Source: Terriglobia bacterium (lineage in GTDB: Bacteria; Acidobacteriota; Terriglobia; JAJPHL01; JAPKYU01). From it: a stretch of 64,000 bases of DNA. The notes under the pieces were generated by a model. That model saw only the letters and a list, made by a program, of their open reading frames with translations. It was not told the origin of the DNA and made no database searches. Shown in pieces: positions 30,656-42,199 of this stretch. The stretch covers positions 416,001-480,000 of the forward strand of contig CBDBKE010000004.1 of assembly GCA_965206645.1 (NCBI GenBank), written 5' to 3'. Within the stretch, counting starts at the first letter, position 1. Every line of letters begins with the position of its first letter. The position numbers and the translations under genes were made by a program.

Positions 30656-31079
30656 GGTACCTCCGGGTCGGCCCCGATCAGCTTCGTCAATTCGATCACG
30701 GCTTTGTATTCGTCGCCGTCCTCACGCCGAACCTTGTAGATTTTGCCCGTGCTCGTATCGGTAGCAGTCAAAACAAGGGGTGCTGGTCCTTCGTTTATGG
30801 CGTCATGGTAGCCACGGACTCGGAACCCGCGGTCTTCGATTTCTTTCACAGCGGCACGGGTAAGACTCAGCATGATCACTCGCCGTTGATGACCTCAACT
30901 GGCGTGCATCCACTCTCATCGCAACGACGGACTTCAGGCGGCTTCTCGCCCGGAAATGCGGTGCGTATCGTGTCTAGTCTTGGTACCAGGAGAAAGGCGC
31001 CTTCCACCTCAACTGGTTTACCTGATCGGCAACGGTGAAGCCCCGTTGCGCCGGTGGTGGGGTTTTGCGGAGCGCCTGG
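30604..31079. repeat. 476-bp direct duplication, copy 1
   Basis: Matches 49478..49953 by eye. Confidence 0.9.
30652..30879 (-). CDS. Hypothetical protein (identical copy at 49526..49753)
   Basis: ATGA overlap with the TerS-like gene; duplicated. Confidence 0.55.
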   Translation of the reverse strand: MIMLSLTRAAVKEIEDRGFRVRGYHDAINEGPAPLVLTATDTSTGKIYKVRREDGDEYKAVIELTKLIGADPEVP

Positions 31080-31175
31080 ACCGGGCCGGGCAGATCGGCC
31101 AAGGCTTCCCCGATCGGAACAAGCCGTCTCGCCGACGCTGCTGCATGGCTTATTCTCCCATGTTCCCTGACTTAG

Positions 31176-32833
31176 CCGGAATTTCCATTTTGAGCTTCCC
31201 CTTCACCCGAAAAGCTATGCCTCGTACCCTGTCGTGTCAACCGCAAACAGCTCTGGCCTCTTTGAGGTGGTAGTGCGGCACATTTTGGCTGTTCTTCGGA
31301 GTCGCTGTGCGGGTTTCGCCTGCCCAGCCTGCCTCGCCGCTGACACTTATCCGGCCCGACCACTTCTGAGCACCTAAAATTACCCTCTCTCCCGGTTCGC
31401 TAGCCATCCGGCAGCGGCAGCGCCGCGATCATTCTCAGCATGCTGCCAAAACGCTGCCGTGTGAGGTGCCCCTCGGCCAATAGCAGCCAGTAATAGCGCG
31501 CATGTTTCACCAGCCGTCCGCCGGTCTTGACCAAGCGCTGCTGCAAACTGGTTAGCGACCAACTCTTGATCCTCTGCGGCAGTGCCAAACGTCGCCACAG
31601 GTTTCCCAGATTATAGGCGATCACACTGAGCCCAAGCCGCACCTGGTTAGACCGGAACCGGTGGCAGCTCAGCCGCGTCATCTTCACCGCCTGCTTGCCT
31701 TCCTTGATCCACTGTTCGGCAGTGCCCCGCTTGTTGTAAAAACGCACCACCGCCCGACTTGGCAGAGTCAAGTTCGTCACGATGAATCCTACTCGCGGGA
31801 ACAGCTCCCCTGGGTGATGCTCCACCCTGGCCACCACCCTGCGTGCTGTCTTCCAGCTGGCCGCTTGGTATAGAAAGCCCTTGAACTCCACCAACGGCTT
31901 CTTGCTGGGTCTCCCCACCGGCCGAGTCAGCAACTCCTCAATGTCCCGCTGTAGGCTGTCGTTAGCCGGGATGCGGATGGCGTACTTTACCTCCCGCTCC
32001 TCCAGAGCCTCGTAAATCTCCGGCTTGGCAAAGGCCGCGTCGGCACGAAACACCACTTCCTTGCCCAGCTGCTGCTGCCGCTCGATCTCCGGCAGGAGAA
32101 GTTCTTTCCAGTCCTCGGCGCTGTGCACGTTGCCCGGTCGCAGCTTGGCCGCCAGACAGTCACCCTCGCGATTGAACAGCAACAACGGGTGATAGCAGCT
32201 CGACTCGAAATGCCCGTTGTAGGCACTCTGCTCCTGCTGGCCGTAGACCGGAATCTCGGTCGAGTCCATGTCCAGCACCACCCGTTGCGGGGAATCCATA
32301 GCTTCCGCCCTGGCGATTAAATCCCGGTTGATCGCTGCCAAACCAGCCAGGTTCTCATCTTGCGTCAGTAGTTCTGTCTCGAACGATTGCAGCCGGGAAG
32401 TCAACGCGGCTCCTCGCTCCCAGATCTTTTCTGAACCGATCAGCCGGAACGTCGGATCTTGAGAGAGCCGTTCCGCGTCATTCATATCTTCGTAACCCGC
32501 CAAGCGGCTGTACACGGACTGGCGCAGGAGGTCAGCAAAGGGCAACCGTGTGTTCTTTCCCCGAGGATCGGCCAAGTGCTGTTTGATGAGTTCCCCGAAT
32601 CCCAAATGTTCGTCTAATTCGCGCACGAGGATCAGGCCGCCGTCGGAAGTAACCCGCGACCCCTGGAAATAGACCTTCAATGCAGCATTGAAAGAGAACT
32701 GAAAGGGCTGATTTTGCCTCTCACCCACTGGGTTTCTACCTCCGGAAGCTGTATTGACGCTGGAACCGGCATAAATATTGGCGTCGGAGGTCAGTATAAG
32801 GTTAGCTTTGGAGTTTCAAAACGGAAATCCGGG
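31176..32833 (-). mobile_element. IS1380-family element (transposase 31400..32728)
   Basis: IRs CCGGAATTTCC / CCCGGATTTCC; 5-bp target duplication CTTAG; close homolog of the element at 5989. Confidence 0.95.
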
Positions 32834-32847
32834 CTTAGACAGAAGGC

Positions 32848-33519
32848 TCAATGGCGGATACAGACTATTCCACCGCATCCCGAAGAGTTCATGGCCTTCG
32901 ACAAGCGACGGGTTTCAAAATCCAGCAGCAACGCGTCATCCTGCGTGATCTGGCGGGCATGCATGGTGTCCACACGCACCGGGTACATCCTTCGGAAAGA
33001 TTCGCGTACATTCTCCTTTCGATCGAAGATCGGCGAAAAGACATGCCAGTTGTCACGCTTGCACATCACCTGAACATAGTCGGTGAAGTCTGCATAGGCG
33101 ATCAGGGCATCTTCTCCTCGCCCACCCTGTTGCGCTTTTTGCTTCTTCTCTTTCCACTGGAGGTACATTCCGTTTGGCAACTGGTGTTTCGGCCAGTCGG
33201 AACCGTAGCATGCTGTCATCCGTTCATCGATGCAACGCCGCAACTGCGTTTCCAGCCCAGCAATCCGGACATACGCCATGGGGGCACGGCCTTCCTCTTT
33301 GTGGTCCAGCGGCTTGTCCCCACGCAGATCGGCGATATCTAGGCTTTTTTCGAAGGCCGGGGCAGAAAAATCCGGTCGCGCGCCCTTTAATCCACGGCTC
33401 ACATAGAAATCTGCGCGTTCGCCATAATCCGTGAGTATCTTTCTCGGCCAGGCGATCCGGTTCTGATCTTGCACCGCCGCCTCCGGCGTCGGGTTCACTA
33501 GCAGCGTTTTTTCAGTCAT
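32848..33519 (-). CDS. Swt1-family HEPN domain protein
   Basis: LETQLRRCI...YGSDW, YADFTDY, DNW..F and RVDTMH (R-x4-H); GGAGG RBS upstream of ATG 33519. Confidence 0.7.
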   Translation of the reverse strand: MTEKTLLVNPTPEAAVQDQNRIAWPRKILTDYGERADFYVSRGLKGARPDFSAPAFEKSLDIADLRGDKPLDHKEEGRAPMAYVRIAGLETQLRRCIDERMTACYGSDWPKHQLPNGMYLQWKEKKQKAQQGGRGEDALIAYADFTDYVQVMCKRDNWHVFSPIFDRKENVRESFRRMYPVRVDTMHARQITQDDALLLDFETRRLSKAMNSSGCGGIVCIRH

Positions 33520-33654
33520 CTTTTCCTCCAAAGTTTTTCCTGAGTGCTGTGGTGTTGACGTGGTTCTAAGGTGCGGGAACCGTTCACCCGACAGCGGGAA
33601 TTCATCCCTGAGTGAAGCAGTATTGACATGGTTTTGATGTCCCCCGTCCCCGCC

Positions 33655-34620
33655 CCATAAATACTTTCTGACCGCGCCGCGTTCGGCCGTGGCGCCCGCG
33701 CTGTAGTGGGCGACCATGCGCGACGTGCGCCAGTTCCCGGCCAACATGACTTCGGTTGTTGACGCGCCGCGCGCCGTCAGTTCGGACGCGAGCCCGACCC
33801 GGCCACTGTGCGCCGTCAAGCGCGCCTCGATGCCGGCGGCGTGGGCGGCAGCGGTGAACCGGCGCTGAATCTGCAACGGCGACAACCCGACCACCCGATC
33901 CGTGGGTGCGGCGTCGGGCCGGTCGGCGCGGACGGTGCGGATCGCTTTCGCGCCGCCGTTCTTCAGATACCGCACGTCGGCGGCGTCCCCCTCTTGATTC
34001 GTTTTCGAGGTCCGCACGGTGAGCAGCACGCCGTCGCCGTCGCTGGCGTCCGTCACGTCGGCCCAGCGCAAGGCGGCGACTTCCGACCGCCGCAGCCCGC
34101 CCATGAACAACAGCGAGGCGATCACGGCGTCGAGTCGGCCCCGGCGTTGCGCCGTGGTGTGGGATTCGACGCCCCGGCCGTCAGTGCGGGGACGGTCGGC
34201 GGTGGCGAGAATCGCGGCGAGCCCGTCCGCGCGCAGCGGGGCGGCCTGGCCCCGGCCCCGGTCGGCGGCCGTGCGACGGTAGCCGCCCAACACGCGGGCG
34301 GTCGCTTCCCCGGCGGGGTCCGGCTGGCCGGCGAGCTTGGCCCGAAACCGGACGGCGGCGACGGCGAGGGCGGCGGTTGCGGGCGCGCGGCCCGCCTCGA
34401 AGAGCTCGCCGAGGTAGACGGCCAGCAAGGGGTCGTCAACCGGGGCGGTCCCCCGCCATGCGTCCAGGCGCGCCAGCGCGCCGGCGTAGGCCAGTCGGGT
34501 GTTGCGGCTGATAGAGGCGTCGGCGAGCTGGCGCGTGGTCGGCGTGGCGACGGCCAGCGGCCCCGCCGTGTCGGGGCGTCGGGCGAGCGCGGCGGGTTCG
34601 GCCTGTGTTGTTTGAAGCAT
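33655..34620 (-). CDS. Cre-like tyrosine recombinase, copy 1; stop lost, in frame with the HEPN gene
   Basis: LRRSE, SKT, HSGR, GNW and AHY catalytic residues; TGG where copy 2 has TAG. Confidence 0.88.
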
Positions 34621-34626
34621 AATATC

Positions 34627-35855
34627 GGTGGTCTCAACCCATCGACGCAACACTTTGCCTTGAAAGGAGGAGGTGGAGTGTATGCGGATGAAGCAAAGAG
34701 CTCGTCGCGGTTACACGCTGGCGGAACTGGAGGAGGTGTGGGATCGGTGGAAACGAGGGGAGTCGCTCAAGTCGATTGGACGAGTGTTTTGTAAGCAGCC
34801 ATCGTCTGTTTACCATCAGCTTGCTCCGTACGGAGGCATCCGTCCTCGGCCACCACGCCGTTCATGTTGGGCACTGACGTTGTCGGAGCGCGAAGAGATC
34901 TCTCGAGGCATTGCGGCACATCAATCGATACGATCCATCGCCGGGTTGCTGGGTCGCTCACCATCGACGGTGAGCCGGGAGATTCGGCGGAATGGCGGCG
35001 ATAATGACTATCGAGCAGCGGAGGCCGATGAGCAAGCCGGGGAGAGGGCCCGCCGGCCGAAGCGGTGTCAGCTGGTCAAGCATCCACAACTACGACGGGT
35101 AGTGGCCAGAAAGCTCAGCATAAACTGGTCGCCTGAGCAGATCGCCAGCTGGCTGAAACGAGCCTATCCGAAGGATCCGTCCTATCACGTGTCTCACGAG
35201 ACCATCTACCGCAGCCTGTTTGTTCAAGCCCGCGGTGCGCTGAAGGCAGAGCTGATGCAGCATCTGCGGTCAAAGCGGACGATTCGTCGATCCCGACATG
35301 CAAGTCTGAGAGGCCATGGACGAGGACAGATCACCGACATCGTATCGATCCGTGAGCGCCCGGCCTCGGTCGAAGATCGTGCCGTGCCCGGTCATTGGGA
35401 AGGCGATCTGCTGTCCGGATCGAAGAACAGCCACATTGCGACTCTGGTCGAACGTCATACGCGCTACGTGATGCTTACGAAAGTATCCAGCAAGAAAACG
35501 GAGACGGTCGTGTCGGCGCTCATCAAGCACGCGAAGAAGCTGCCGACGGAACTGTACAAATCTCTGACTTGGGATCGAGGCCTGGAGCTCGCCGAGCATC
35601 GACGGTTCACGTTGGCGACCGACATTGACGTATACTTCTGTGATCCTCAGAGTCCATGGCAGCGCGGTTCGAATGAGAACACCAACGGTCTACTCCGACA
35701 GTACTTCCCCAAGGGAACGGACTTGTCGGTGCACTCTCAGGCGCATCTGAACAAGGTGGCACGTCAGCTGAACGAACGGCCCCGTCAGACGCTGGAGTTT
35801 GAAACTCCGGCAGAACGATTTAACGCTTGTGTTGCATCGACCGGTTGAGCTGGCA
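34627..35855 (+). mobile_element. IS30-family element (transposase 34673..35848)
   Basis: IRs CTCAACCCATCGACGCAACAC / CTCAACCGGTCGATGCAACAC; 2-bp TC duplication; GHWEGDL, WDRG, SPWQRGSNENTNGLLRQYFPKG. Confidence 0.95.
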
Positions 35856-36242
35856 TCCTTTATCATGCGTGATAAGCTTCCTCTCCCGCCGCTCCCCGGC
35901 AGGCCATAATGCCGGATCGCTCCCTAACGTATAGTAGAAGAGGAGCTTCCCCCATGCCCTCCCAACCCGCCTGGTTTCATCGACTTGACGAAATCCTCGC
36001 ACTGCTGCGGGGCTTCGACACCAGATACCTCGATCGGCAAGCGGGTCGAGAGGCTGTTGAAAGGTACGCGCGCGCCGCGCACCGACGCGCCATTCCGTCG
36101 CCGGTCCGGGCATACGCCGCCTGGTGGTCATCGGCGCTCTCGTTTCGTTTGTGATCAGGTGGGAGATCGGACTGCAAACAATTGTGACGATTCGTGCAAC
36201 AACGCCATTACTCACCATCGTGAACATCATCAGGAGATTCGA

Positions 36243-36728
36243 ATGCATGATCACATAGCGCTTGTGTATGGGTTCAACCTTATGCGCGCAGAAACCCTCG
36301 TCAAAGACCTCTCAGCCGAACAGATGGTCGAACAGCCGAACGGTGTAATCAACCACCCGGCGTGGTCCCTTGGTCACCTCGTCGTCTGGGCCAACAACCT
36401 TGGCTCGATGCTCGGACTTGAATCGAGCCTGCCGGATGGGTGGGACAAGACATTTGCCACCGGTGAAACACCGTCGTCAGACGTTTCAGCCTATCCGTCG
36501 AAAGACGAGATCCTCGGTGCGCTCAGGGAACAGCACTCGCGCAACACTGAAGCGCTGAAGAGCGCCGACCTTGAATCGTGGGCCAAGCCCCATCCGTACG
36601 TGAAAACGCTTCCCTATTTCCCGACGGTCGGCGACATGATCACGTTCTTGATGACGGCCCACGAGATGAACCACGTCGGACAGATCGCGGCCTGGCGACG
36701 TGCAATGGGACTCGGCTCCGCGACGTGA
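36243..36728 (+). CDS. DinB-family protein
   Basis: NHPAWSLGHL and HEMNHVGQIAAWRR metal-binding histidines. Confidence 0.85.
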   Translation: MHDHIALVYGFNLMRAETLVKDLSAEQMVEQPNGVINHPAWSLGHLVVWANNLGSMLGLESSLPDGWDKTFATGETPSSDVSAYPSKDEILGALREQHSRNTEALKSADLESWAKPHPYVKTLPYFPTVGDMITFLMTAHEMNHVGQIAAWRRAMGLGSAT

Positions 36729-36774
36729 GTCTAAGCCGGGATTTCCGATTTGCCTGCCCCGGAGGGCCCCGTTA

Positions 36775-36934
36775 TACACCCGACCGCGGAGCTGGAGCGG
36801 GTCGGGCTGTCGGGTCGGCTCGATTTCCGGGCGTTGATGGCGTCCGATCTACAGGGCCGGACTCGGGCATTCCGACAGCTTCGGGACGGCGGGATGGGCG
36901 AGTCAGAGGCGCGGGCCGTGTGCGGATTCGACTA
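36775..36934 (+). pseudogene. Phage portal protein C-terminal fragment
   Basis: LDFRALMASDLQGRTRAFRQL..GGM..SEARAVCG resembles HK97-type portal C-termini. Confidence 0.5.
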
Positions 36935-37749
36935 GGGCGTGTTAACACTAACGCAGTGCATCGAAAATGAGTGCGAAGTGGATGAAGCCAAGGAAGAGCA
37001 CATCCAGCTTGTCAAAGCGCGAGAAGATCCGGCGATAGCCCTTCAAGCGGCGGAACAGGCGCTCGATCTCGTTGCGCCGCTTGTACAGCTCCCGGTCGTA
37101 CTCCCAAGGGTCCACGCGGGTCGCGACCGGCGGCACCACCGGCGTGAACCCCAGATCCAACGCCAGTTGGCGGGTCTCGTCACCCTGGTAGGCGCGGTCC
37201 ATCACCAGCGCCAGCGGCTCGTCGTGCGGTCCCCAGTGCGTGAGGAGCTTGCGCCCTTCCGGCGCATCGTGGGCTTGGCCGGGGGAAAGCGCGAACGTTA
37301 TTGCCGTATGAGCATCCGCGGCAACCAGATGAATCTTGGTGGTCCACCCGCCGCGGGATTTGCCGATGGCCTGGGGACCGTTTTTTTTAGCGCCCCCGTG
37401 CCGTCGGGATGGACCTTGACGATGGTGCTGTCCAGCGACACCGCCTCCAGCTTGATGCGGATCAACTGGGCGCGTTGCAGGTGTTCGAACACCCGGTCGA
37501 GCACCCCGTTTTTGGACCAGCGATTTATGCGGGTGTAGATCGTGTGCCAATTCCCGAAGCGACGCGGCATGCCCCGCCACTTGCACCCGTGCTCGGCGAC
37601 GTACAGGATCGCATTGAGCACCTGCTGGTTGGACACGCTGACATTGCCACGTTGCCGCGGAAGATAGGACGCAATGCGCGCGTATTGTGCCTCGGTGAGT
37701 TCCATCCATGAAGGGTAACACGATAAGGCTAAATAGTGTTAACAGGCCC
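36935..37749 (-). mobile_element. IS5-family (IS427-like) element, two-ORF frameshift transposase
   Basis: IRs GGGCGTGTTAACACTA / TAGTGTTAACAGGCCC, TA flanks, A8 run at the ORF overlap; LDST, DRAY, YKRRNEIERLF. Confidence 0.93.
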
Positions 37750-37847
37750 TAATTCGGCTCCGATTTCAATTTTGAGATAGGTTCTAAGGTGTGCGACACA
37801 TCCGCCTACCCTGACGTCTCACGACGACCGCCGGTCACAGAGTTTCC

Positions 37848-38702
37848 ATGGCTTACCTGCTCGCACTCAGTTCGGCGGCGCTGTACGGCACAGCCGATTT
37901 CCTTTGCGGCCTCGCCTCGCGCCGAGCGAGCACCCTCGGCATCGTCGTTACGTCGCAGGGCTGTGGCCTGACGCTGCTGGTGCTCAGTCTGCCGTTGTTG
38001 CCCGCGGCCACACCTGCCGCGCGCGATCTGGTCTGGGGCGGCGCGGCCGGATTGGCCGGTGGCGTCGGAGTGACGCTCCTGTATCGGGCGCTTGCCGTGG
38101 GGCGGATGGCGGTCGTGGCTCCGACGACGGCCGTGTGCGCAGTGACGATTCCGGTCGTCACCAGTGTCGTGCTCGGCGAACGGCTCGCGCCGCTGACGAT
38201 GCTCGGCATCGCGCTGGCGATCGTGGCCATCGTGCTGGTCAGTCAGCAGGAGGCAGCGGCGAGTCCCGTGTCGGTGCGGGCCAGGGCGCTGCCGCCTGGT
38301 GTCGGGCTCGCGCTCCCGTCGGGCGTGGCGATCGGCTTGTTCTTCCTGGCCCTCGCTGAAACAGACGCCCAGGCAGGCATGTGGCCTCTCGTGGCGGCGC
38401 GTGCCGCCTCGGTGACGCTGTTCGGCGTCATCGCGCTGGTCAGCGCGCGGCCGTGGCGCATGTCGGCGGCCGTCACCAGGATCGCCATCGCCGCCGGCGC
38501 CATCGACATAGGCGCCAACGCACTGTACCTGTTGGCCACCCGTTACGGGCCCCTCAGCATCGCTGTCACCCTGTCATCGCTGTACCCCGCGAGTACTGTG
38601 ATCCTCGCGCGGATCGTGCTTGGCGAGCACCTCAATGGCTGGCAAGTCATCGGTGTGGCGTGCGCCGTCCTCGCGGTCGCGTTCATCGTCAGTCCGGGAT
38701 GA
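37848..38702 (+). CDS. DMT/EamA-family transporter
   Basis: About ten TM helices; GRMAVVAP, LGER, SLYPA, LGEHL. Confidence 0.88.
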   Translation: MAYLLALSSAALYGTADFLCGLASRRASTLGIVVTSQGCGLTLLVLSLPLLPAATPAARDLVWGGAAGLAGGVGVTLLYRALAVGRMAVVAPTTAVCAVTIPVVTSVVLGERLAPLTMLGIALAIVAIVLVSQQEAAASPVSVRARALPPGVGLALPSGVAIGLFFLALAETDAQAGMWPLVAARAASVTLFGVIALVSARPWRMSAAVTRIAIAAGAIDIGANALYLLATRYGPLSIAVTLSSLYPASTVILARIVLGEHLNGWQVIGVACAVLAVAFIVSPG

Positions 38703-38873
38703 CGACGGCGAATGCACACCTGGCAACGGCGCCATACCCGACGAGAGCGACTCAGCGACCAGAGGACTGGCTCGGCACTCAGCCCGCGCCGGTGTATCCG
38801 TAGAGCTCAATGAGGCGGTGCGCCTGGGCGCGGGTGAGCTTCATTGATGCGGCTCCTTAGCCCGCATTTCTCA

Positions 38874-40869
38874 GTGCGCCGTGCGAAGGCGCCACTCCCC
38901 AGCGGGTGCGAATCCCGCCCGGCAACTGTCGCTCCAGCCGGTAGCAGACGGAGCGGATGATGGAGGTAACGATATCGCCCGAAGCACTCCGACGGCAAAG
39001 GGCCGCGTAGGCGGCTCAGCGACCATGCGGGCCGCAACGCGAGTGAACGCCGAGCAGGCCTCGAAACGGGTAACGTGGAGGCCGACCCGCCTGAGATACA
39101 GGGAAGGCTGCCAGCGGCCGGGTAGCGAGCGACACATGCACCGGCCGGCTCCGCCGGGGTAGTGGCGGCGGCACGCATGGAAGAGGGGAATGGACGCAAC
39201 ACGGGAAGCCCTGCCGGCGGCGTGGCACGCGCCAACCGACAGCCCGCGAGGGTCAGGTCGGGCCGGAGAGGGTGGCGGAGAGGCCCGTAGTACCGGGGAA
39301 GCCGAGTAATGTCGGCGGAGGGAAGGGGCCTCGGTTCGAGAGCAGCGCAGGACGGAGGAAGGGACGTGGGGACTGGCGAGAGCCTAACAGCCTCAGAGAG
39401 GGTTCAGCGACTCCAGACGGCGCTCCATGCGAAAGCGAAGGAAGCTCCGGGCTTCCGGTTCTACTCGCTGAGCGACAAGGTGTGGCGCGATGACGTTCTC
39501 GCGGTCTCCTGGCAGGCTGTGCGCCGCAACGGCGGGTCGGCCGAGGTGGACGGCGAGACGGTCGCGGACATCGAGTCGCAGGGGGTGGACCGGTGGCTGG
39601 GAGCACTGGCGCGGGACCTGAAGTCGGGGACTTACCGGCCGCGTGCGGTCCGGCAGGTCCTGATTCCGAAGAAGCAACGCGGGAAGTTTCGGCCGTTAGG
39701 CATACCTTGTCTCCGAGACCGGGTAGCGCAGACGGCGGCGATGCTGGTGTTATCGCCGATCTTCGAAGCGGACCTTGAACCGGAGCAGTATGCCTATCGG
39801 CCGGGCCGAGACGCGCGTGACGCGGTCAGGCGCGTACACCGGCTGCTGACGACGGGCCACCGGGAGGTGGTGGACGCCGACTTGTCGGACTACTTCGGCC
39901 AGATACCGCACGCGGAGTTGATGCAGTCGATGGCCCGGCGCGTGAGCGACGGGCGGCTGTTGGGCTGGGTCAAGGCGTGGCTGGAAATGGCGGTGGAGGA
40001 GGACGACGGGCGCGGTGGCCGCCGCCTGACGAACCGGGCGCGTCGGGAGCGGAAGGGGACCCCGCAAGGGTCTCCGATTTCGCCGTTGTTCAGCAACATC
40101 TACATGCGTCGCTTCATCTTGGGCTGGAATGTGCTGGGCTATGCCCGGCGCTTCAAGGCGGACCTCGTCAACTACGCGGACGACATCGCGGTGCTCGGCC
40201 GAGCGCCGGCAGCGGAGATGCTGGCGGCGGTGGAAGGGCTGATGAAGCGTCTGAAGCTGCCGCTGAACGCCGAGAAGACCCGCTGCTGCCGGGTGCCGGA
40301 GGAACCGATGACGTTGCTCGGCTACCGGATTGGCCGCAACTGGCGCCGGGACACGGGGCAAGCCTACATCGGCACCCGCCCGAGCCCGGCGAGCGTCCAG
40401 AGCATTTGCCGTCGCGTGAGTGAGCTGACGGCGTCGCGTTACGGGCTTCTGGAACCCGAGGTCGTGGTGGGTCGCCTGAACCGGTTGCTGACCGGCTGGG
40501 CGAACTACTTCACCTTGGGCCAGGTCAGCCCGGCCTACGCGGCGATTGACCGGCACGCTACCCGGCGGCTGCGCCAGTGGCTCTGTCGCAAGCAGAAGGT
40601 GCGGTCCGGGAAATGTGTGCGCTTCCCGGACGAGCGACTGTGGACCGAGTACGGGCTCACGCACCTTGGATCGCGAACGGCGAGTCTTCCGTGGGCGAAG
40701 GCATGATCTCGTCCGAGAGCCGGATGCGGAAAATTCGCATGTCCGGTTCGATGAGCGGCGACTGGAAACGGAGCCATGGCAGGGATTGAGGCACCGGCTA
40801 CGGGCGAAAGCCGCCGGGAACGGCTACCCCCCTTCCGCCTACCGCCACCGCGCCAGTCGTCGACTCTAC
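38874..40869 (+). mobile_element. Group II intron
   Basis: 5' GTGCG; domain V GAGAGCCGGATGCGGAAAATTCGCATGTCCGGTTC near 40715; domain VI ending ...CTCTAC. Confidence 0.92.
39309..40706 (+). CDS. ltrA: Group II intron reverse transcriptase/maturase, no endonuclease domain
   Basis: RPLGIP..RDRV.Q, GTPQGSPISP, YADD, maturase GWANYF. Confidence 0.95.
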   Translation: MSAEGRGLGSRAAQDGGRDVGTGESLTASERVQRLQTALHAKAKEAPGFRFYSLSDKVWRDDVLAVSWQAVRRNGGSAEVDGETVADIESQGVDRWLGALARDLKSGTYRPRAVRQVLIPKKQRGKFRPLGIPCLRDRVAQTAAMLVLSPIFEADLEPEQYAYRPGRDARDAVRRVHRLLTTGHREVVDADLSDYFGQIPHAELMQSMARRVSDGRLLGWVKAWLEMAVEEDDGRGGRRLTNRARRERKGTPQGSPISPLFSNIYMRRFILGWNVLGYARRFKADLVNYADDIAVLGRAPAAEMLAAVEGLMKRLKLPLNAEKTRCCRVPEEPMTLLGYRIGRNWRRDTGQAYIGTRPSPASVQSICRRVSELTASRYGLLEPEVVVGRLNRLLTGWANYFTLGQVSPAYAAIDRHATRRLRQWLCRKQKVRSGKCVRFPDERLWTEYGLTHLGSRTASLPWAKA

Positions 40870-41277
40870 CGAGCGTTCGTCGCGAGGGCGTCGAGGCGCC
40901 GTGGTGGTGGGGCGCACGGACTGAACGACGCTGCAGGCGTAGTCGCAACTACGTCGAAGCGGCGTGAGGGAGTACGCCCCGTCAACGCGAGCGGATCGGC
41001 GTCCGCAGCAGAAGGCTGGTGAGAAATACGCGTGGACGTCCGGCCCCGAAGACCGCTGGGCCGGGCGCGCCGGGGCACCCCCGGATCGTCGCCGTCGATC
41101 CCGGTGATGATGTCGCTGACTCAAGGACACCCGCCTGCTTCACACGCGGGTCGATCGGACGTGCGGTCGGGCCGCGCCGACGTCCCCGCATGTCCCGCAG
41201 CGCGCCTTGCTCACGCTGCCGTCGCCAGTTCGCCGAGTGCGAGCTTTACAACTCACGGCATCGACTATATTCGGCGT

Positions 41278-42036
41278 ATGCCGATTCCAGCCTGCATCCT
41301 TCTGATCCTTGCCCATCCAGACGACGAGAGCTTTTTCGCGGCCGGTCTGGCGCGGCGCCACGTCGAGCGGGGCGCGAAGGTCACCCTCGTGACGGCCACT
41401 CGTGGCGACGCCGGCCAAGTGGGAGATCCACCGCTGTGCGACCGCGACGCCCTACCCGCGCTCCGCGAGGCCGAGCTTCGTGAGGCAGCCGACATCCTCG
41501 GAATTTCAGAGGTGCACCTGTTGGACTATCAGGACACGCGGCTCGCAGAGGCGCCGATCGATCAGATTCGCTGCGAGTTGGTCGCACTCATCCGTCGCCA
41601 CCGGCCGCATGTGGTGATCACATTTGATCCGAACGGCCAAAACGGTCATGCCGACCATGTCGCGATTTCGCGGTTCACGACGGATGCCGTGGCAGCGGCC
41701 GCGGATCCGCGCTGGGCGTCCGAACCGACCACCCCGCACCTGGTGCAACGGCTCCTGTGGACCTCGCCAATTGCGCCGTGGGAGGTGACGCGCCCGGCGG
41801 CCCTGCGTCTCGAGGCGGGGGTGGACTTCGCGATCGACATCGCCCCGTATCGGACCGTGAAGACCGAGGCACTTCGGGCGCACCGGAGTCAGCACGTTCC
41901 GGTCGATCGCTGGTTCCTGAGCAAGCCTGACCTGGACCAAATCTTGAGTATCGAAACGTTCAGACAGGCGTGGGGCCCTACCTTGCGACGGGTGCCCGCC
42001 GACGACGTGTTGGCGGGAATCGACCTGTCCGTGTAG
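41278..42036 (+). CDS. PIG-L/LmbE-family deacetylase
   Basis: AHPDDE, TRGDAG, REAEL, GHADH, AHRSQ. Confidence 0.9.
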   Translation: MPIPACILLILAHPDDESFFAAGLARRHVERGAKVTLVTATRGDAGQVGDPPLCDRDALPALREAELREAADILGISEVHLLDYQDTRLAEAPIDQIRCELVALIRRHRPHVVITFDPNGQNGHADHVAISRFTTDAVAAAADPRWASEPTTPHLVQRLLWTSPIAPWEVTRPAALRLEAGVDFAIDIAPYRTVKTEALRAHRSQHVPVDRWFLSKPDLDQILSIETFRQAWGPTLRRVPADDVLAGIDLSV

Positions 42037-42079
42037 CAGAGGTCGGCGGCTTCGCCGCCGCGCACTTCGCCGACGACGA

Positions 42080-42178
42080 TGTGATCGGGTCGGTGCCGCA
42101 GGGCGTGACGCTGCTAACGGAGGAACTTTAGGCCGGACAGCGCGTTGACGGCCTGACGATCGTCAATCCGTTCGTCTG
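42080..42178 (+). pseudogene. PIN-domain toxin C-terminal remnant
   Basis: TLLTEEL*AGQRVDGLTIVNPF. Confidence 0.5.
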
Positions 42179-42199
42179 AAAGCCGCTCGGTTCTTGTAG

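Noticed and set aside
39309-40706. Reverse transcriptase as a retron, DGR or defence RT
   Set aside because: It is flanked by clear group II intron 5' end and domain V/VI, and has a maturase domain.
41134-41150. CCTGCTTCACACGCGGG, a 16/17 match to the tRNA-Val anticodon arm
   Set aside because: No T-arm or acceptor sequence, and opposite orientation to the att fragment; probably chance.
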